Assembly: GCA_024137785.1 (NCBI GenBank)
Contig: JAHRHZ010000049.1
Coordinates: forward strand, 124,001 to 188,000
Direction: 5' to 3'
Length of the DNA: 64,000 nucleotides
From: Ginglymostoma cirratum
Lineage: Eukaryota
This document shows positions 62,247 to 64,000 of this stretch, piece after piece (the stretch's first letter is position 1; every line of letters begins with the position of its first letter). Under the pieces are notes generated by a model, which had not been told where the DNA came from, did not search any database, and worked only from the letters and a program-made list of their open reading frames with translations. Position numbers and translations under genes: made by a program.

Positions 62247-64000
62247 CTGAAAGCATATGCCAAAGCTGGTTGCTATGAAAAGGTAAATTATTAAGGCACA
62301 AAATACTGTATAATTACTCAAGTGTGTACACATTCCCCTCTGCACCTTAGACTGCATCTGTGTCGATACGACAGTGGGCTTAAATCAGCCCATTGCTCAA
62401 GCCACTGATCACTAACACAGGAAGGGGACAGAGATTACAATCGCTTTCAGGACTCCTGTACACAGCAAAGTGCAATGACAATTAATTGCCTCCAAAAGTT
62501 TAAATCACTGTTTTGTAGGCAAGCACAGCTGCCATTTGAACCGTTTATCTTACAGTCTCTACAAATGGATTTGGAATATATGTTAGCCCACAACAGTAGA
62601 AATCCATCTTTAACACAAAATGCTACAAAATATTTATGGCCACCTAAGCAGGAAGACAGAGTCAGAATTTAGTGCCTTGTGTACAACTCTGCATCTCATC
62701 GTTCCAGTTTAGGTGCGGAACTGAGAGTGAACCTACAAACTTCTGATTCAGGAACTTACAAAACTGACACTTTAACCTCTGGTTGACGCTAGATTGACCA
62801 ATCTCATTGTGAGCGCCAGGTTGTTTTTTCCTCAATAATGGTGACTGAGCCTCTTCTGCCTCATGCCCAGAGACATGAGAACAGTTTCAGAGGGGAATTT
62901 TAGAGCTGGAAGAAGAAGGGGAGAAGTGAAAAAAAGACCATGCGGAACAAGTAAGGTATTAAGATACTGAGGGTAAGGCATAGATGGAGATTTAAGAGGC
63001 AGAGTTTTGGGTCAACTGGAGTTGGGATTGGTGGGGTTGGGTCTGGGCAGGGATAAAGTATTAAACTAAATCAAGTCTAGAGGTAAAGTATTTAAGAGGA
63101 TCTCAGTACTGGACTGGTTGAGATAGGGGGATTTGCAAGTAATACAACGGAAGATTGAGCTGTTGAATTAGAGGAATTAGAGGGGCTGGCTCATAGGCTG
63201 GACCAACCAAAGACTGATTCCATCTTCCTCATGCTTTCAATGGGGAACCCGAATCCCTCTTTAGTCCCTTAAAACTCCATTCCTTTCTCAGGGATAGTAG
63301 GTTTAGCTGCAGGAATGGAAAATAAAGAACCAGTTTAACAGCAGAAAGGTGTGGAAAGCTCTTTGCCTGGAGGTCATTTACAGCAACTTCCTGTCGATAT
63401 GGTTGACAATACCTAATGTGGCACATACCCATTCCAATCCCTTAAACTTGTAATTCAACTTCAAACTGCCAAAAAAGGATTCTAATGTCATTATGAGGCA
63501 AACTGTGTGAAAGGTCAACGTTTGTCTTAAATTAAGCAAGTACCAGGTGAAACGATCACACAAAAAGGAACTGGAAGAGACTTAACAGTCGACAAGATAG
63601 TCTTCACTCACAGTTAAGTCAATGCAAGCACTTAGAATGTGTAAATTATCATGGTAAGCATTTCCTGCTGAGTAAGTTCCTCGAGACAAGATCAGATTTG
63701 AAAAGTAGGCTTTGGTTCAAGGTCCACATCATGAAACACAAGTTCATGTCAGTAGAAACAAAAACCAACCACAAATCAGTTAGTCAGGTGATCACAGATG
63801 CTATTTTGATTTAGATTAAAACATCACTTCTCGAAAAGAAAATCACGAACTATAACATCTAGGTTGGTTCATTTCAACATTTGCCATGTATTTCATTTAA
63901 GTAAGCCTAAATGCTAGCATTTCTAGAATCTGGAGAACAAGAATTGAAGTATTTAGTAAAATTAAAGAGAACTAAGCAAATATTCTTGCCAAGAAGAACA

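Noticed and set aside
1-64000. CRISPR arrays, operons or other prokaryotic systems
   Set aside because: The sequence is intron-rich vertebrate DNA; repeats are dispersed retroelements, not regularly spaced arrays

Overview
Vertebrate genomic DNA, most likely from a shark: HE1/V-SINEs, abundant CR1 LINEs and Penelope-derived palindromes fit a cartilaginous fish, but the species cannot be fixed from sequence alone. Three spliced host genes can be reconstructed by reading splice sites. (1) Coding exon 1 of NUP54 (minus, 3696-3726) sits in a CpG island. (2) A complete three-exon LEAP2-family peptide gene (plus; 9241-9306, 15002-15153, 17230-17266; 84-aa precursor) is only partly visible in the ORF track. 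It has a LEAP2C-like SMLWRW N-terminus and a lengthened Cys3-Cys4 loop. (3) Exons 3-12 of SCARB2/LIMP-2 (minus, 62246 to 19143) converge tail-to-tail on the LEAP2 gene. The 16.7-kb SCARB2 intron 9 holds a degenerate retrovirus-like LTR element (LTR, gag, PR, YVDD-type RT, RNase H, candidate env/accessory region) nested in a CR1. The rest is decayed CR1, RTE, L1/Tx1, L2, Gypsy and Penelope sequence plus SINEs, including many short palindromic Penelope-derived elements with minimal hammerhead ribozyme cores. Exon coordinates were read by hand; repeat boundaries are approximate; comparisons to human genes and repeat families are from recall, not database searches.
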